Program-made: the position numbers and the translations under genes
Sequence record: PX418922.1
Length of the DNA: 64,000 nt
Strand: one strand, 5' to 3'
DNA from: a phage
Shown here: positions 9,353 through 19,389 of the stretch, one piece after another
Position numbering within the stretch: the stretch's first letter is position 1
Layout of the letters: the number at the start of each line of letters is the position of its first letter
Notes under the pieces: generated by a model
The model's database searches: none
What the model saw: only the letters and a program-made list of their open reading frames with translations
What the model was told of the DNA's origin: nothing

Positions 9353-9958
9353 TTAAGCCCACCATGCGTCTAAGTTAAGATTACTGTCCACTACCACTTG
9401 TTCTATGTGGTAGCCTTTTATCTGTATCCCACTGTTCAAGAGCATATCATACGCTTCATTGAAACGCAACTTATCTTCTGCGGAATATAAGCGAGCATTA
9501 TAAAATCGGTAATCAATTTCTTCAGCATTAGAAGAAATACGGAAGAAGTTTGTTTCTACTTCGGGATCACTTGCTGAAGTCTTAATGTGAACTTCTCCGT
9601 AATTTTCTTTACTTAGATCCATGAAAAGAACACAGGCAACATGTTTAAACATTCGTTCCAGTTTGTAACGAACAACATTGAAACCTGCATTCTCAAGTTT
9701 TTCTACACACTGCAACATTAAAGTAGTGTCGAGATCGCTTTGATACTTTGTTAACATACGATCACGTTGAGACTTTGTATCCCGATGTAAATCAATTGTT
9801 GTGCATTTGGCACCAATAATCTTAGCTGCTTTCATCAACTCTTCAGAACTAACGTTAGATAAAGTAAGATGAAAATGGGCTTTCCACACTTTTTTAGCAG
9901 GGACACCAAAAGATTTATCCCCACTATTCGGCATGCTGACTACTACACTATGTTGCAT
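9353..9958 (-). CDS. 2H phosphoesterase-like protein (LigT / cyclic phosphodiesterase family)
   Basis: Two HxT/S motifs: HFHLTL and VHIKTS. Confidence 0.45.
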   Translation of the reverse strand: MQHSVVVSMPNSGDKSFGVPAKKVWKAHFHLTLSNVSSEELMKAAKIIGAKCTTIDLHRDTKSQRDRMLTKYQSDLDTTLMLQCVEKLENAGFNVVRYKLERMFKHVACVLFMDLSKENYGEVHIKTSASDPEVETNFFRISSNAEEIDYRFYNARLYSAEDKLRFNEAYDMLLNSGIQIKGYHIEQVVVDSNLNLDAWWA

Positions 9959-9973
9959 TACTTATCTCCTCAC

Positions 9974-10165
9974 TTAAAATGGAAGTCTTTGAAGTTCATC
10001 TCCTCCGATATCAAGTAATTTAGCAACATCTCGATCAGAAAGCAACTCTTTTCTTTGTAAAATATCCACAAGGGTTGCAAGAATGTCCTTAACGTCCCGA
10101 TCACTGTTCTTCAAAAGTTCTCCTGCCGTCCCTACTCTATCTCCTACAGCAAAATATGTAACCAT
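9974..10165 (-). CDS. small hypothetical protein
   Basis: ORF track frame; start moved to ATG 7 nt after AGGAGG, removing overlap with nrdG. Confidence 0.35.
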   Translation of the reverse strand: MVTYFAVGDRVGTAGELLKNSDRDVKDILATLVDILQRKELLSDRDVAKLLDIGGDELQRLPF

Positions 10166-10178
10166 GAAACCTCCTAAG

Positions 10179-10649
10179 TTAATCTGATTGCCAACCACTT
10201 GCCGTTTTGGTCCATAATCTTTGATTATCTGACCCTCTGAAAGGTTTTGTAGTTGGATTGTTTATTTCATACTTTCCGTCTACAATAATGTCAACAATAT
10301 TTTTAATATACAAAGGCACTTCCTCAAAAGTATATCCTGTATACACCATTATATCTTTGCTTGACCCATAAACATCTCTAACCTTTTCTATAAGGTTTTT
10401 AACATTGTAAATATTCTGCGGATCTAATGGCTCTCCTCCTAAAATTGTTAAACCTTTTACAAACGGTCTTGACAAATCTTTTAAAACTTGCTCTACATTT
10501 TCGTGAGTAAACGGTTTCCCATAAGAATAAGACCAGGCTTTTTGGTTAAAACAGCCACGACAACCGTGGCTACAACCACTAACCCAGAGGGAGCACCTAA
10601 CTCCCTCACCATTAATAAGATCTACAGGTTCGTATCCTGCAAAATTCAA
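10179..10649 (-). CDS. nrdG: anaerobic ribonucleotide reductase activating protein
   Basis: Radical-SAM Cys cluster GCSHGCRGC; 4-nt overlap with nrdD. Confidence 0.75.
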   Translation of the reverse strand: MNFAGYEPVDLINGEGVRCSLWVSGCSHGCRGCFNQKAWSYSYGKPFTHENVEQVLKDLSRPFVKGLTILGGEPLDPQNIYNVKNLIEKVRDVYGSSKDIMVYTGYTFEEVPLYIKNIVDIIVDGKYEINNPTTKPFRGSDNQRLWTKTASGWQSD

Positions 10650-12460
10650 AAATGTTTCTCCCTTTGCAAAACTTCCTGCATTTTACCTTTGTTATAAGGC
10701 CGTGAATTAGGGGCAGAAAGATACCCTGATACACGTCTAACTACAGAAATAGTTTCTTCTTCATGGTTGCCACAATCAGGACACTCAAACCCTTTAGCCG
10801 TTGCCTTAAATTCCCCATGAAAACCACACTTAAAGCATTGATCCACGGGCTGATTAATACCAAAATAGTGAATATGTTCATAAGCGTAGTCTACTAAAGT
10901 CTCCAAAGCTTCTAAGTTATTCTTTAAGTTTGGTGTTTCGACATAACTTATGTTACCACCATTACTAATCTGTGCAAAACCTGCTTCATAATCCCATTTT
11001 TCAAAAGGATTTGTTACCAACCATACAGGTTGATGAAAAGAGTTAGTAAGATAGTCTCTTTCTACCAAACCTGGGTATTTTTCATTTAAAGCTGTTGCAA
11101 ACTTATAGCACAAAGATTCTGCTGGAGTTCCATAGAGACTAAACGCCAGCTTAGATCGTTCTTTAAACACAGCACACACATCTTTCATATGTTGCAGAAT
11201 GCTTTTACCAAGTTCCTTTTTATCTTTTTCTTCTGGATAAAGGATTTCCAAAGCTTCGGCAAGACCTACATAACCAATACTAATAGAAGCATAACCACCT
11301 TCAAACAAAACACCAATTTCATCATTGGCATTTAAACGCGCTAAAGCCCCTTCCATGAAAAGAATAGGGTTTTCAGATGCTTTGGTATGTCTGATACGGT
11401 TTACACGTAGCATGTGAGCATCGTAGGCTATCTCCATATGTTTATTAAGAAGATCGGTGAAAGATTCTCCTTTACTTCTCGCTTCCGCAGCGATCAGAGG
11501 TAAGTTGATAGAAACTACTCCAAGGTTGAATCGTCCATCGTATTTTTCTCCTTGTTCGGTGGCATAGTACGACAAAAAGGAACGACAACCCATACTCGTA
11601 ACAGTACCATCTGCTGATCCCGTAACTTCTTTGTTCAAAGGAACAGAAATAAAATCTGGATAAATACGATCAGCACAACATGCCAAAGCTTGTTGCTTAA
11701 GGTCATAGTTAGGATCACTAGGTTTCATGTTAACACCTTCTTGTAAAAAGAAAATAACTTTAGGGAATACAGGTGTTACATGATCTTTGCCTAGACCGTT
11801 ACTATGCACTTTAAGATAGTTAGCTGTGATCATTCTGCCAAAAACAGAGGTATCCAGACCCATACTGATTGTAATAAAAGGAGATTGTCCATTAACACTC
11901 ATTAAAGTATTAACCTGATACAAGAGAGTTTGCATAGCATCGTATACATCTTGTTCGGTCATTTCTAGGGCTTCTTTCCTTGCATAACAACCGTAGCGAC
12001 GTTTGGTTATCTCCATGTTTTTAAGGAAACTAGCTTCAACATAAGGACTAAGACCTTTATCAATGTGCGCACACGTCTGACCTCCATACTGACTGGAGGC
12101 AACAGCTTGGATGATTTGAGTTAGCACTGTGGTAGCTACTCCAATAGATTTTGGTTTTTCTATCTGTGCAGCACCGATCTTAAAACCATTTTCTAACATA
12201 TCTTGATAATTAACAAGACAACAGTTTGTAAGAGGAGAGAGCAGATAATCCAAGTCGTGAATATGTCCAAAACCTTCTGTATGCCATTCTGACAAGTTTT
12301 TTGGCAGTATCTGTGTCATTGCCATATGTTTGCTTAAAATCCCAGCCAAGAGATCCCTATGCGTGTTAACGAGGTGGGAAGGTTTGTTTGCATTCTCTCT
12401 AGTGTATGTTTCTGAAGTACGATCTAAAAAAGAAAAAACATCTTGGTACAAATCTTTCAT
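10646..12460 (-). CDS. nrdD: class III anaerobic ribonucleoside-triphosphate reductase
   Basis: 604 aa; C-terminal zinc ribbon (CFKCG...CPDCG) and glycine-radical motif RVSGYLS. Confidence 0.85.
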   Translation of the reverse strand: MKDLYQDVFSFLDRTSETYTRENANKPSHLVNTHRDLLAGILSKHMAMTQILPKNLSEWHTEGFGHIHDLDYLLSPLTNCCLVNYQDMLENGFKIGAAQIEKPKSIGVATTVLTQIIQAVASSQYGGQTCAHIDKGLSPYVEASFLKNMEITKRRYGCYARKEALEMTEQDVYDAMQTLLYQVNTLMSVNGQSPFITISMGLDTSVFGRMITANYLKVHSNGLGKDHVTPVFPKVIFFLQEGVNMKPSDPNYDLKQQALACCADRIYPDFISVPLNKEVTGSADGTVTSMGCRSFLSYYATEQGEKYDGRFNLGVVSINLPLIAAEARSKGESFTDLLNKHMEIAYDAHMLRVNRIRHTKASENPILFMEGALARLNANDEIGVLFEGGYASISIGYVGLAEALEILYPEEKDKKELGKSILQHMKDVCAVFKERSKLAFSLYGTPAESLCYKFATALNEKYPGLVERDYLTNSFHQPVWLVTNPFEKWDYEAGFAQISNGGNISYVETPNLKNNLEALETLVDYAYEHIHYFGINQPVDQCFKCGFHGEFKATAKGFECPDCGNHEEETISVVRRVSGYLSAPNSRPYNKGKMQEVLQREKHF

Positions 12461-12530
12461 TATTAATCCTTATTTTGTGAGTAGAACTATTATTCTACCT
12501 CTTCCAACCGAAAAAAGCTTTGAGGAAAAT

Positions 12531-12552
12531 CAAAAAAGGCGCAAAGTGCGCC
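12531..12552 (-). terminator. intrinsic terminator
   Basis: Minus-strand hairpin GGCGCA-CTT-TGCGCC followed by TTTTTTG. Confidence 0.5.
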
Positions 12553-12560
12553 TTTAAGTT

Positions 12561-13907
12561 TTATCGTTTGGAGAGGAATTGTCTTCCCATGATCTTACCG
12601 TTCTTTACAGCGGTCCCATCGTGTCCATTATAATCCCAAGTTCCATCAATGTTACGCAAGAAACTATCACGAACAGTGTAGGCTTTACCGTTCTCTACTT
12701 TACTTTCTTCCACAATGATTGCCATAACAAGCTTATTTTCAATTTCGGTAGTAACCGATTCTTTAATACCCTCTGTAACTTCACGATCATATTGGATATA
12801 AACTCGCTCCTCGGTCACTTGCACGTCTACCACATTTTTAAATGTGTATGTCTGCTGTGTAGTGTAAAGGACACGAACGACACTCTTCTTACCTACTGGC
12901 GGCTTCTGACGACGCTTGCGGTAACGGGGAGACGGGTTAAGTTTAATATAACCTACAATATCTGATCCATCTCCAGAGTGGCTCCAATAAAACGTCTCTG
13001 CCAAACCTTTTCCTTGGTCCCCATTTCGAAAAAGAACATTAACAGGACCATCACAAGGGCGTCTACCTCCAATGTGGGCTTGGTATTTTGCTGTTCTTGG
13101 GAGAACAAAATATTCTTCAATCTGCCATTCACTATCGTATTTCTCCCATTCAAAGTGGTTGGCTTTGCATACTTCTAAAACACCATTTTTGTAACGGACT
13201 TGAACAAAGTCCTCACAAGGTTGAATACCTGTATTAGGAATATAGGTAGGCTCTGTGTCTTCTGGTTCAAAAGTCTCTTTTTGTTGTTCCATATCTTCCA
13301 CTTTCCTTACATGCTTAGTATAAAACATATCTTTAAACTCCTGTGCTTCAACCTCAACTGCAAATTCATGTTCTCTGACAGCCGGAGGCACAAGGCTTCC
13401 ACACTCAAGATGCAGCGCATCCAGACCTGCCACTTTATCGTAAAAGATAACTTTTCGATACTTCTTACCGTTTTCTGGAAAAGCAGGGTCTACTCGTTTA
13501 AGACGGGAAGCATCACTTTTAGTCCAAAAACTCTTCCCTGTTGTATTATTGAAAGTAGTAATCATCTCTCCAATTTCTTCTTCAGAAAGGTTACTAGTGT
13601 CTGTGTAAACATCTTCAATTTTTAGCATTTTAGTTTTCTTAAGAATTAAATCTAGCATTGCATCTCCTGTAAAACGTAGCTCATTATCTCCTACTGTCGG
13701 CTCTCCAGAAAATTCATTGGTCCCGACTGTGTGACAGACGTATGGAAAATTTGTGCAACCGTGTAAAAGAGCATATTGTCCTGTAAGTTTAGGATCTGTC
13801 TCTTTAGTCCAACCATATGCAATTTCAATAGCTTTGCAAAGCCTATCGAACAAGCCCCGATTGTTTGCCGCTGTTACCAAATCTTGCTTATGTGTATATA
13901 CATTCAT
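12561..13907 (-). CDS. hypothetical protein (448 aa)
   Basis: Long ORF; no motif recognised. Confidence 0.6.
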   Translation of the reverse strand: MNVYTHKQDLVTAANNRGLFDRLCKAIEIAYGWTKETDPKLTGQYALLHGCTNFPYVCHTVGTNEFSGEPTVGDNELRFTGDAMLDLILKKTKMLKIEDVYTDTSNLSEEEIGEMITTFNNTTGKSFWTKSDASRLKRVDPAFPENGKKYRKVIFYDKVAGLDALHLECGSLVPPAVREHEFAVEVEAQEFKDMFYTKHVRKVEDMEQQKETFEPEDTEPTYIPNTGIQPCEDFVQVRYKNGVLEVCKANHFEWEKYDSEWQIEEYFVLPRTAKYQAHIGGRRPCDGPVNVLFRNGDQGKGLAETFYWSHSGDGSDIVGYIKLNPSPRYRKRRQKPPVGKKSVVRVLYTTQQTYTFKNVVDVQVTEERVYIQYDREVTEGIKESVTTEIENKLVMAIIVEESKVENGKAYTVRDSFLRNIDGTWDYNGHDGTAVKNGKIMGRQFLSKR

Positions 13908-14458
13908 AATAACCCTCCTCGTTTTATTGCAATAGATGCCCTAGGCTCTGCGATACCAGTGGCGTATAAATACGGATGACCTTGTGGAGAAGTTCTCATC
14001 CCAAACGAACCTAATTCTAACCCATACATATCTTCCACGTCAAGACCAATATCTGTCTCTATGATTTGAGTTTGAACTTTGTAATACGTCCAAAAGAAAT
14101 AGCGCATAGTTTCGGCATATTCTTTGACGGACGCTCCTGGATAAAACTCAATAATTTCCAACTTTAAGAAAATGTTAAAATGAGCATCATCCAACTCTTC
14201 TTCTGTTCGGTAGCAAGGTGTTAGAGCCATATAAGGATGATCTGTTGAAAATTCAAACCCGTCTTTCTCCATTTGGAGGAAAGACTGCTCTGCACTGGCT
14301 ACGTAGAACTTACCATTAGGATGCCCCAAGGGGCGATCCTCTTTACCTTCTGGTAATGTATATGCAAGGATATCCGCATCTACAAGATAAGGGACTTCCA
14401 ACATCTCCGCAAATCGCCCATAGTAATCAATAGCTTGAGCAATAACAGCTACGTTCAT
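13904..14458 (-). CDS. hypothetical protein (184 aa)
   Basis: ORF track; 4-nt overlap coupling on both sides. Confidence 0.55.
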   Translation of the reverse strand: MNVAVIAQAIDYYGRFAEMLEVPYLVDADILAYTLPEGKEDRPLGHPNGKFYVASAEQSFLQMEKDGFEFSTDHPYMALTPCYRTEEELDDAHFNIFLKLEIIEFYPGASVKEYAETMRYFFWTYYKVQTQIIETDIGLDVEDMYGLELGSFGMRTSPQGHPYLYATGIAEPRASIAIKRGGLL

Positions 14459-14706
14459 GATCTCCCTCCTGTGCGGAAAGCGCGTTTAGTAATGTTGGAC
14501 ATAATGATTAAATCTTGTAAAGTCATATCTGGGAACTGTTGTTCTAAAACTCCCTCGACAGCACCTATAATATCAGATAGTTCAACAAGTTGCATTATTT
14601 TGCAATCCTGTTCAACAGCATCGAAAAGTTCTTCCACTTCCTCTTTAATCTTTTCTATGCTTCCGTAAGATTGTTTCTTAATGTCTGTTATGTGATACCC
14701 TGCCAT
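14455..14706 (-). CDS. hypothetical protein (83 aa)
   Basis: ORF track; coupled to neighbours. Confidence 0.45.
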   Translation of the reverse strand: MAGYHITDIKKQSYGSIEKIKEEVEELFDAVEQDCKIMQLVELSDIIGAVEGVLEQQFPDMTLQDLIIMSNITKRAFRTGGRS

Positions 14707-16299
14707 TTAACGATCCTCTCTGATTTGATTAATCTTACGAGCAAGGGCAGCTATAAGTTTATCTTCTTCAGATACAGGAGCTGTGCTCTTACCTAAACGA
14801 TGCATGTCTAAAATCTCTTGAACAGTTCGGTTCCATTGCAGGCATTTAATACAACGTGTATGTGCAACATACAGAAGATTTCGTTCTGATTCTTCAAGAC
14901 CTACCCACTCACCCTTCTTATCATAATTGGAAGGAAAGTCATTTGCAACAATAACCTGATCCCATTCCAAACCTTTTGATTTGTGGGCTGTAGTTAAAGT
15001 AACTTTAGCCGTTGGAGAGTTACGGTGCATACGTAAAGTATATGCAATATTATTAGCTTTACCAGAAACAACAATATTTAAAAGTCGTTTTGCATCAGGA
15101 TCTGATTCTGCACACTCTACAAATTCTTCCCAAGAAGTGTAAGGGAGAACTGTCTCATGCTTAACTTTGTCCAAATCGCCTCTACGTAAAGCATTAACAC
15201 TATCAACCATAGAAATGAAATCTTTGGTATCTACGTTAATAATAATCTCTTCTCCGTTAGCGATTCGGTCCATAGCTTCGAGCAACAGGGTCAAATTCTT
15301 ACGGAAAATAATGGTGTAAGGTTTACTATAATCTACCACATCAGAATGAAAACTTCCAGTGACAGTATCATAACCTTTGCCTACCAGCGGATGCTTCAGA
15401 GGTGAACGATCAGAAAGGATCGCATTAGCAATGTCCGCAACTTTAGGACCAAAGCGAAAACAAGCTGTCAGAGGCAACTCAACCCCATATGTAGCCGTTT
15501 GCTTCATCATGTTCTGGCTTCCACGGAACTGATAAATACTCTGAAATTCATCACCCACAACAACAATACGTTTAGCCGATTTAGCATTGCGAAGGATAGA
15601 CAGGAATGCAGGGTTAACATCCTGGAATTCATCTCCAAAAATAATATCGTATCCTAAATCTTCTTTACTCAATTCAAAGAGTTTCACATAGGTGTCATGA
15701 GTCATAATGGTTTCTGATTTAGGATCAATACGCTCACGCCAAAGTTGCTTCGCATATTTAACAACTTCGTTAATAAGTTTTTGTTCGTTGATGTTCTTAC
15801 GTTTAAGATCTGACATATGCACTTTAGGAAAATGTTTATGTCCAATATGTTCATCGTCAGAAAACTCATATTTAGCTAAAGTTTGTTTTACCATTAACCC
15901 GATCATTGCACGAGTCAGTAGCACTTTACCATTCTTATCAATCAAGTTCTGAATCTTGAATTTTTTGGCAATCTCGCTACCAGTTCCAGCTACGTTAACA
16001 TATTGACCTTCTGGACGAGACAATTTGTGTCGAAGGTTTTGTGGAAGACGCTGGTAACAGATTGAATGTAGCGTTCGGCACATAACGTTAGGCGGCATTT
16101 TACGTCGAGCTTCCTCTGCCATACTTTTGTTAAACGCCAAGTATAGAATACTATCATTTGTGCCATTAGCCAACATATACAGTGTTGACGTTTTACCTGA
16201 TCCAGATTTAGCTTGAATTGTAACGAAACGATTTTCTTTATACCCGCTTTCAATAGCGTATTGTTCATCAGTAGGTGTAAAACTCAATTGTGTAGACAC
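14707..16299 (-). CDS. UvrD/Rep-family SF1 DNA helicase
   Basis: Walker A AKSGSGKTST, motif II DEFQD, motif III GDEFQSIYQFRGS. Confidence 0.7.
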   Translation of the reverse strand: MSTQLSFTPTDEQYAIESGYKENRFVTIQAKSGSGKTSTLYMLANGTNDSILYLAFNKSMAEEARRKMPPNVMCRTLHSICYQRLPQNLRHKLSRPEGQYVNVAGTGSEIAKKFKIQNLIDKNGKVLLTRAMIGLMVKQTLAKYEFSDDEHIGHKHFPKVHMSDLKRKNINEQKLINEVVKYAKQLWRERIDPKSETIMTHDTYVKLFELSKEDLGYDIIFGDEFQDVNPAFLSILRNAKSAKRIVVVGDEFQSIYQFRGSQNMMKQTATYGVELPLTACFRFGPKVADIANAILSDRSPLKHPLVGKGYDTVTGSFHSDVVDYSKPYTIIFRKNLTLLLEAMDRIANGEEIIINVDTKDFISMVDSVNALRRGDLDKVKHETVLPYTSWEEFVECAESDPDAKRLLNIVVSGKANNIAYTLRMHRNSPTAKVTLTTAHKSKGLEWDQVIVANDFPSNYDKKGEWVGLEESERNLLYVAHTRCIKCLQWNRTVQEILDMHRLGKSTAPVSEEDKLIAALARKINQIREDR

Positions 16300-16313
16300 G
16301 TATTTCTCCTCTC

Positions 16314-16829
16314 TTAATAAAAACTCTTGACAATCCTCATCATTTCCTTAGCTCTGCTGGCGTAAGGTTCTTTTAGATTAGGTGGCAAATGTGCATTAAT
16401 GTACCCCATTTGTTTTTCCCATGTCCACTTATCTTTAAATCTTGGCATGGTGTCTCCTGCTAAACTGTTTTCTTTTCGTGTTTGAATAATCCAATTACAT
16501 GGAAAATGCACACCACCTTTACGGAAGGGAATATAATGTCCCAATGTGAATGCCTTATTGTTCTTTAAACGTCCAGCTAAATTAAGATTAACAATAAGAC
16601 TACGAAACACGTAGTATTGATAAAGATTGTCAACAGTATATACAGAGTAGTATGCTCTAAGTGCATTATCTCGACTAAGATTACCAACATCCAAACTACA
16701 CCAGTTTAAATTACTTGGATCATAGTTGTGATTATCAATCCATTCTTCTCTTTCCTCAAATTCTGCATTAACAGCAGATTGCCCTGCTGTAGATACAAAA
16801 AGAGAATTTGCATCAAAGAACATACTCAC
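16314..16829 (-). CDS. hypothetical protein (171 aa)
   Basis: ORF track. Confidence 0.5.
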   Translation of the reverse strand: MSMFFDANSLFVSTAGQSAVNAEFEEREEWIDNHNYDPSNLNWCSLDVGNLSRDNALRAYYSVYTVDNLYQYYVFRSLIVNLNLAGRLKNNKAFTLGHYIPFRKGGVHFPCNWIIQTRKENSLAGDTMPRFKDKWTWEKQMGYINAHLPPNLKEPYASRAKEMMRIVKSFY

Positions 16830-16837
16830 TCCCTCCT

Positions 16838-17191
16838 TTAGTTTACATCGTTTAGAGCATTACCAATCTTTAAGATAATAACATCATTAAGAGCTTCTTC
16901 TCCATTAAGGCCAGAGAAAGCAGGAGTAACGAAAGTTATCATATAATAATGGTCTTCTTGTAGGATTGCGATAACGCCATCTAGTTTAACATCTCCTGTG
17001 AAACGAAAAACTTTCAACTTTTGTTCTAAAGGAAGATCTCCTTCAACATTTAAAACCATATCTCCGACACCAAACTTTTCTGCCCCGATGTAGATGTAAG
17101 CTTGGTCCTCTTTTTTATGATAATACAATGTTGCTTGTTTGTCTTGTAGTGTTGTGATACCAAACACATCTACATCAATAATATTTTTCAA
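16838..17191 (-). CDS. hypothetical protein
   Basis: ORF track frame; start moved to TTG after GGGAGGAG to remove a 61-nt overlap. Confidence 0.4.
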   Translation of the reverse strand: MKNIIDVDVFGITTLQDKQATLYYHKKEDQAYIYIGAEKFGVGDMVLNVEGDLPLEQKLKVFRFTGDVKLDGVIAILQEDHYYMITFVTPAFSGLNGEEALNDVIILKIGNALNDVN

Positions 17192-17556
17192 AAATTCTCC
17201 TCCCAAATCCAATAATTGTCTACATAAGTAGGATGCCTTTTGTCCCACTCTTTTCTAGCCCAAGCTACGGCTGCTACCAATACATCTCCATGACAAGGTT
17301 GAGGTGAGCAGTAGCAAACTAAATCTTTCCCTTCTAACTCTAATAAATCTTCAAGAGTGATCTTACCACAACGAATTTGCTCCCACAACCACTCTTTATA
17401 CCTTTGTATGGTTGATCCTCGTGGTTCATCATCTTTTAACTTAAAAGGATTTGCAAACTTAGAGGCTTTTAGTCCCATATGTGGCATTGCTCTACCAATA
17501 TAAACAGCACCCTCTGGGATTGTTTTGCCTAAATGGTAAAAGTTTAATACCTTCAT
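17188..17556 (-). CDS. DUF4326-like protein
   Basis: Motif CYCSPQPCHGDVL. Confidence 0.45.
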   Translation of the reverse strand: MKVLNFYHLGKTIPEGAVYIGRAMPHMGLKASKFANPFKLKDDEPRGSTIQRYKEWLWEQIRCGKITLEDLLELEGKDLVCYCSPQPCHGDVLVAAVAWARKEWDKRHPTYVDNYWIWEENF

Positions 17557-17557
17557 A

Positions 17558-17920
17558 TTAACCTAAACACATACGTGCGATCAGACCCTGGATGAGTTTA
17601 TCTGCTTCTTCGCGATCATAGTCGGTATCTTCTATACCACCATCTTCATCACGATAAACTTTACCTTCCAGGTACCCAGCATCGATCAAACCAATAATCA
17701 AATCGAACTGCCAGCAAGAGTTACCGAAAGGGCGTTTTCCACTGAAACTATCTTCTTCTTCCCAAAGCGTAGAGAGCAGTCGTCTGAAATATTCACGCAC
17801 AGTAACAGTGCCAAGATCATCGTCTTCAAAAACAACATCTAAAGCATCTGGTTCAGCTTTCTCTACAACAGGCACATAACGTTGACCATTAATAACAACA
17901 TCTACGATTGTTTCTCTCAT
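17558..17920 (-). CDS. hypothetical protein (120 aa)
   Basis: ORF track. Confidence 0.5.
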   Translation of the reverse strand: MRETIVDVVINGQRYVPVVEKAEPDALDVVFEDDDLGTVTVREYFRRLLSTLWEEEDSFSGKRPFGNSCWQFDLIIGLIDAGYLEGKVYRDEDGGIEDTDYDREEADKLIQGLIARMCLG

Positions 17921-18279
17921 TTTTCCTCCTTTTTGTATTCAATGAACATATCTGCATAGTAAGCTTTACGTTCTTCAAATTTAGCAGGGTTTACCACAAT
18001 GAACAACACCTTTCTGTTGTCTTGTGGTTCTTTGACTGTAATATATAAATCTTTTGTGCAATAGAAACCTGTGGCTTTGTAAGCGTCACCCCAATTATCC
18101 ACTCCACGATCTATACGATCAAACTTGCAGTTATACTTTTTATCATCCACTTGGTAGACAGCCTCCCCACCATACCAAGTGAAGAATTGGCTACCTTCCA
18201 CCCCAATCTTGAAACCATCACGGGCGGCTGTAGCATTGGTGGCAATCATCAACATCAGGACACAAAGTAGCCTTTTCAT
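17917..18279 (-). CDS. secreted hypothetical protein
   Basis: N-terminal signal peptide MKRLLCVLMLMIATNATA. Confidence 0.5.
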   Translation of the reverse strand: MKRLLCVLMLMIATNATAARDGFKIGVEGSQFFTWYGGEAVYQVDDKKYNCKFDRIDRGVDNWGDAYKATGFYCTKDLYITVKEPQDNRKVLFIVVNPAKFEERKAYYADMFIEYKKEEK

Positions 18280-18585
18280 TTAGAATTCCTCTTCAGTCTT
18301 CTGTCGGTTTTTGAAGAATACTACGTCATATACCTCTCCGTAACCATCATTTACATAGAACATAATAAAACGATCATCTTCTGCTGTTGGTGCGCGATGT
18401 TCAAGTTCAAAACTTTCAATAAAACCGCGTGAATTTACGTAGTAGATTTCATCCTCGCCAGAGAACATCCAATCCCTGTCTATCAAATAGAAAGCTAAAC
18501 TCACAGGCGACAACTCATCCTTCACAGAATCATTGTACAGCATGTGGGCTGCAACTGCCAAGCTTAAAGTCGTATTGTGCTGCAT
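18280..18585 (-). CDS. hypothetical protein, tandem paralog 1
   Basis: Shares LSLAV...YYVN.G.GE...VVF pattern with the adjacent gene. Confidence 0.5.
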   Translation of the reverse strand: MQHNTTLSLAVAAHMLYNDSVKDELSPVSLAFYLIDRDWMFSGEDEIYYVNSRGFIESFELEHRAPTAEDDRFIMFYVNDGYGEVYDVVFFKNRQKTEEEF

Positions 18586-18896
18586 TACATCTCCTCGTCG
18601 GACTTCAAGGCTTTAGAGAATACTACGTTAAACGTTTCACCGCAACCATTATTAACATAATACATGATGTAATTGTCATCTTCGTCTACAGGCGCACGAT
18701 ACTCCAGTTCATAACTGTATAAATTAGAATTACTTGTGCAACCTTGTGGATACCAAAAGTAGAGTTCATCCCCAGATTCTACCCATTTAAGACCAGTCCG
18801 ATCTTCAAATACTAATGTAGATGGATTTTCTGAATCTTTTACAGCTTCTTCGTAATACTGGTGCACCGTAACTGCTAATGATAATGTACTCATCAC
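18585..18896 (-). CDS. hypothetical protein, tandem paralog 2
   Basis: Paralogous to 18280-18585. Confidence 0.5.
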   Translation of the reverse strand: MMSTLSLAVTVHQYYEEAVKDSENPSTLVFEDRTGLKWVESGDELYFWYPQGCTSNSNLYSYELEYRAPVDEDDNYIMYYVNNGCGETFNVVFSKALKSDEEM

Positions 18897-19109
18897 GCCT
18901 CCAAATAGTGTTTACAAATGACAAAACGCCATGTTTGTTTATAATAGTCTCTTTTTTCAAGAGCCTCTTTGTAAGAGGGTATACGTTGCGACAGAAGCAT
19001 CCATTCACAATCTGCACCCATTCTTCCATAAAGCGCGTAACGGATGTTACTTTGTTTATCTCCCATAAATGCCTCCTTAATCTTGTTTACAAGTATACCC
19101 TCTAATTAG

Positions 19110-19307
19110 TTACACTTTTTCCCAAGTACCAAAAGCACAGGAAGGGTAGATTCCAACTTGAGGGTTTCCGTTATCATCTTTGAAAGTAAAACTGTTGTTG
19201 TCTTTATCAAGAACTGTAGAATAAATCTTACCAACAGTAACGCAGTTGGAAGCTTGACCCAGTTCAGTGAGAGTAAGACATTTCATTTTCTGTTTCTTTG
19301 TAGCCAT
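19110..19307 (-). CDS. hypothetical protein (65 aa)
   Basis: ORF track; promoter just upstream. Confidence 0.45.
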   Translation of the reverse strand: MATKKQKMKCLTLTELGQASNCVTVGKIYSTVLDKDNNSFTFKDDNGNPQVGIYPSCAFGTWEKV

Positions 19308-19337
19308 TTATAAAATCTCCTTAGTAAGTGAATCTTT

Positions 19338-19367
19338 ATTCTACACAAAGAGCTTTGCACATGTCAA
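19338..19367 (-). promoter_or_regulatory. sigma70-like promoter
   Basis: Minus strand TTGACA-N18-TAGAAT. Confidence 0.45.
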
Positions 19368-19389
19368 GTAACTCTTTGTCAGATTAGTC

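Noticed and set aside
12330-16268. Opposite-strand ORFs inside nrdD and the helicase gene (12330-12557, 12579-12965, 15707-15952, 15990-16268 and similar)
   Set aside because: Entirely embedded in or antisense to well-supported long genes, no RBS, low-complexity translations.
18805-19029. 74-aa minus-strand ORF overlapping the start of 18585-18896
   Set aside because: Overlaps the supported paralog gene in another frame, lacks an RBS, and spans an intergenic AT-rich stretch.
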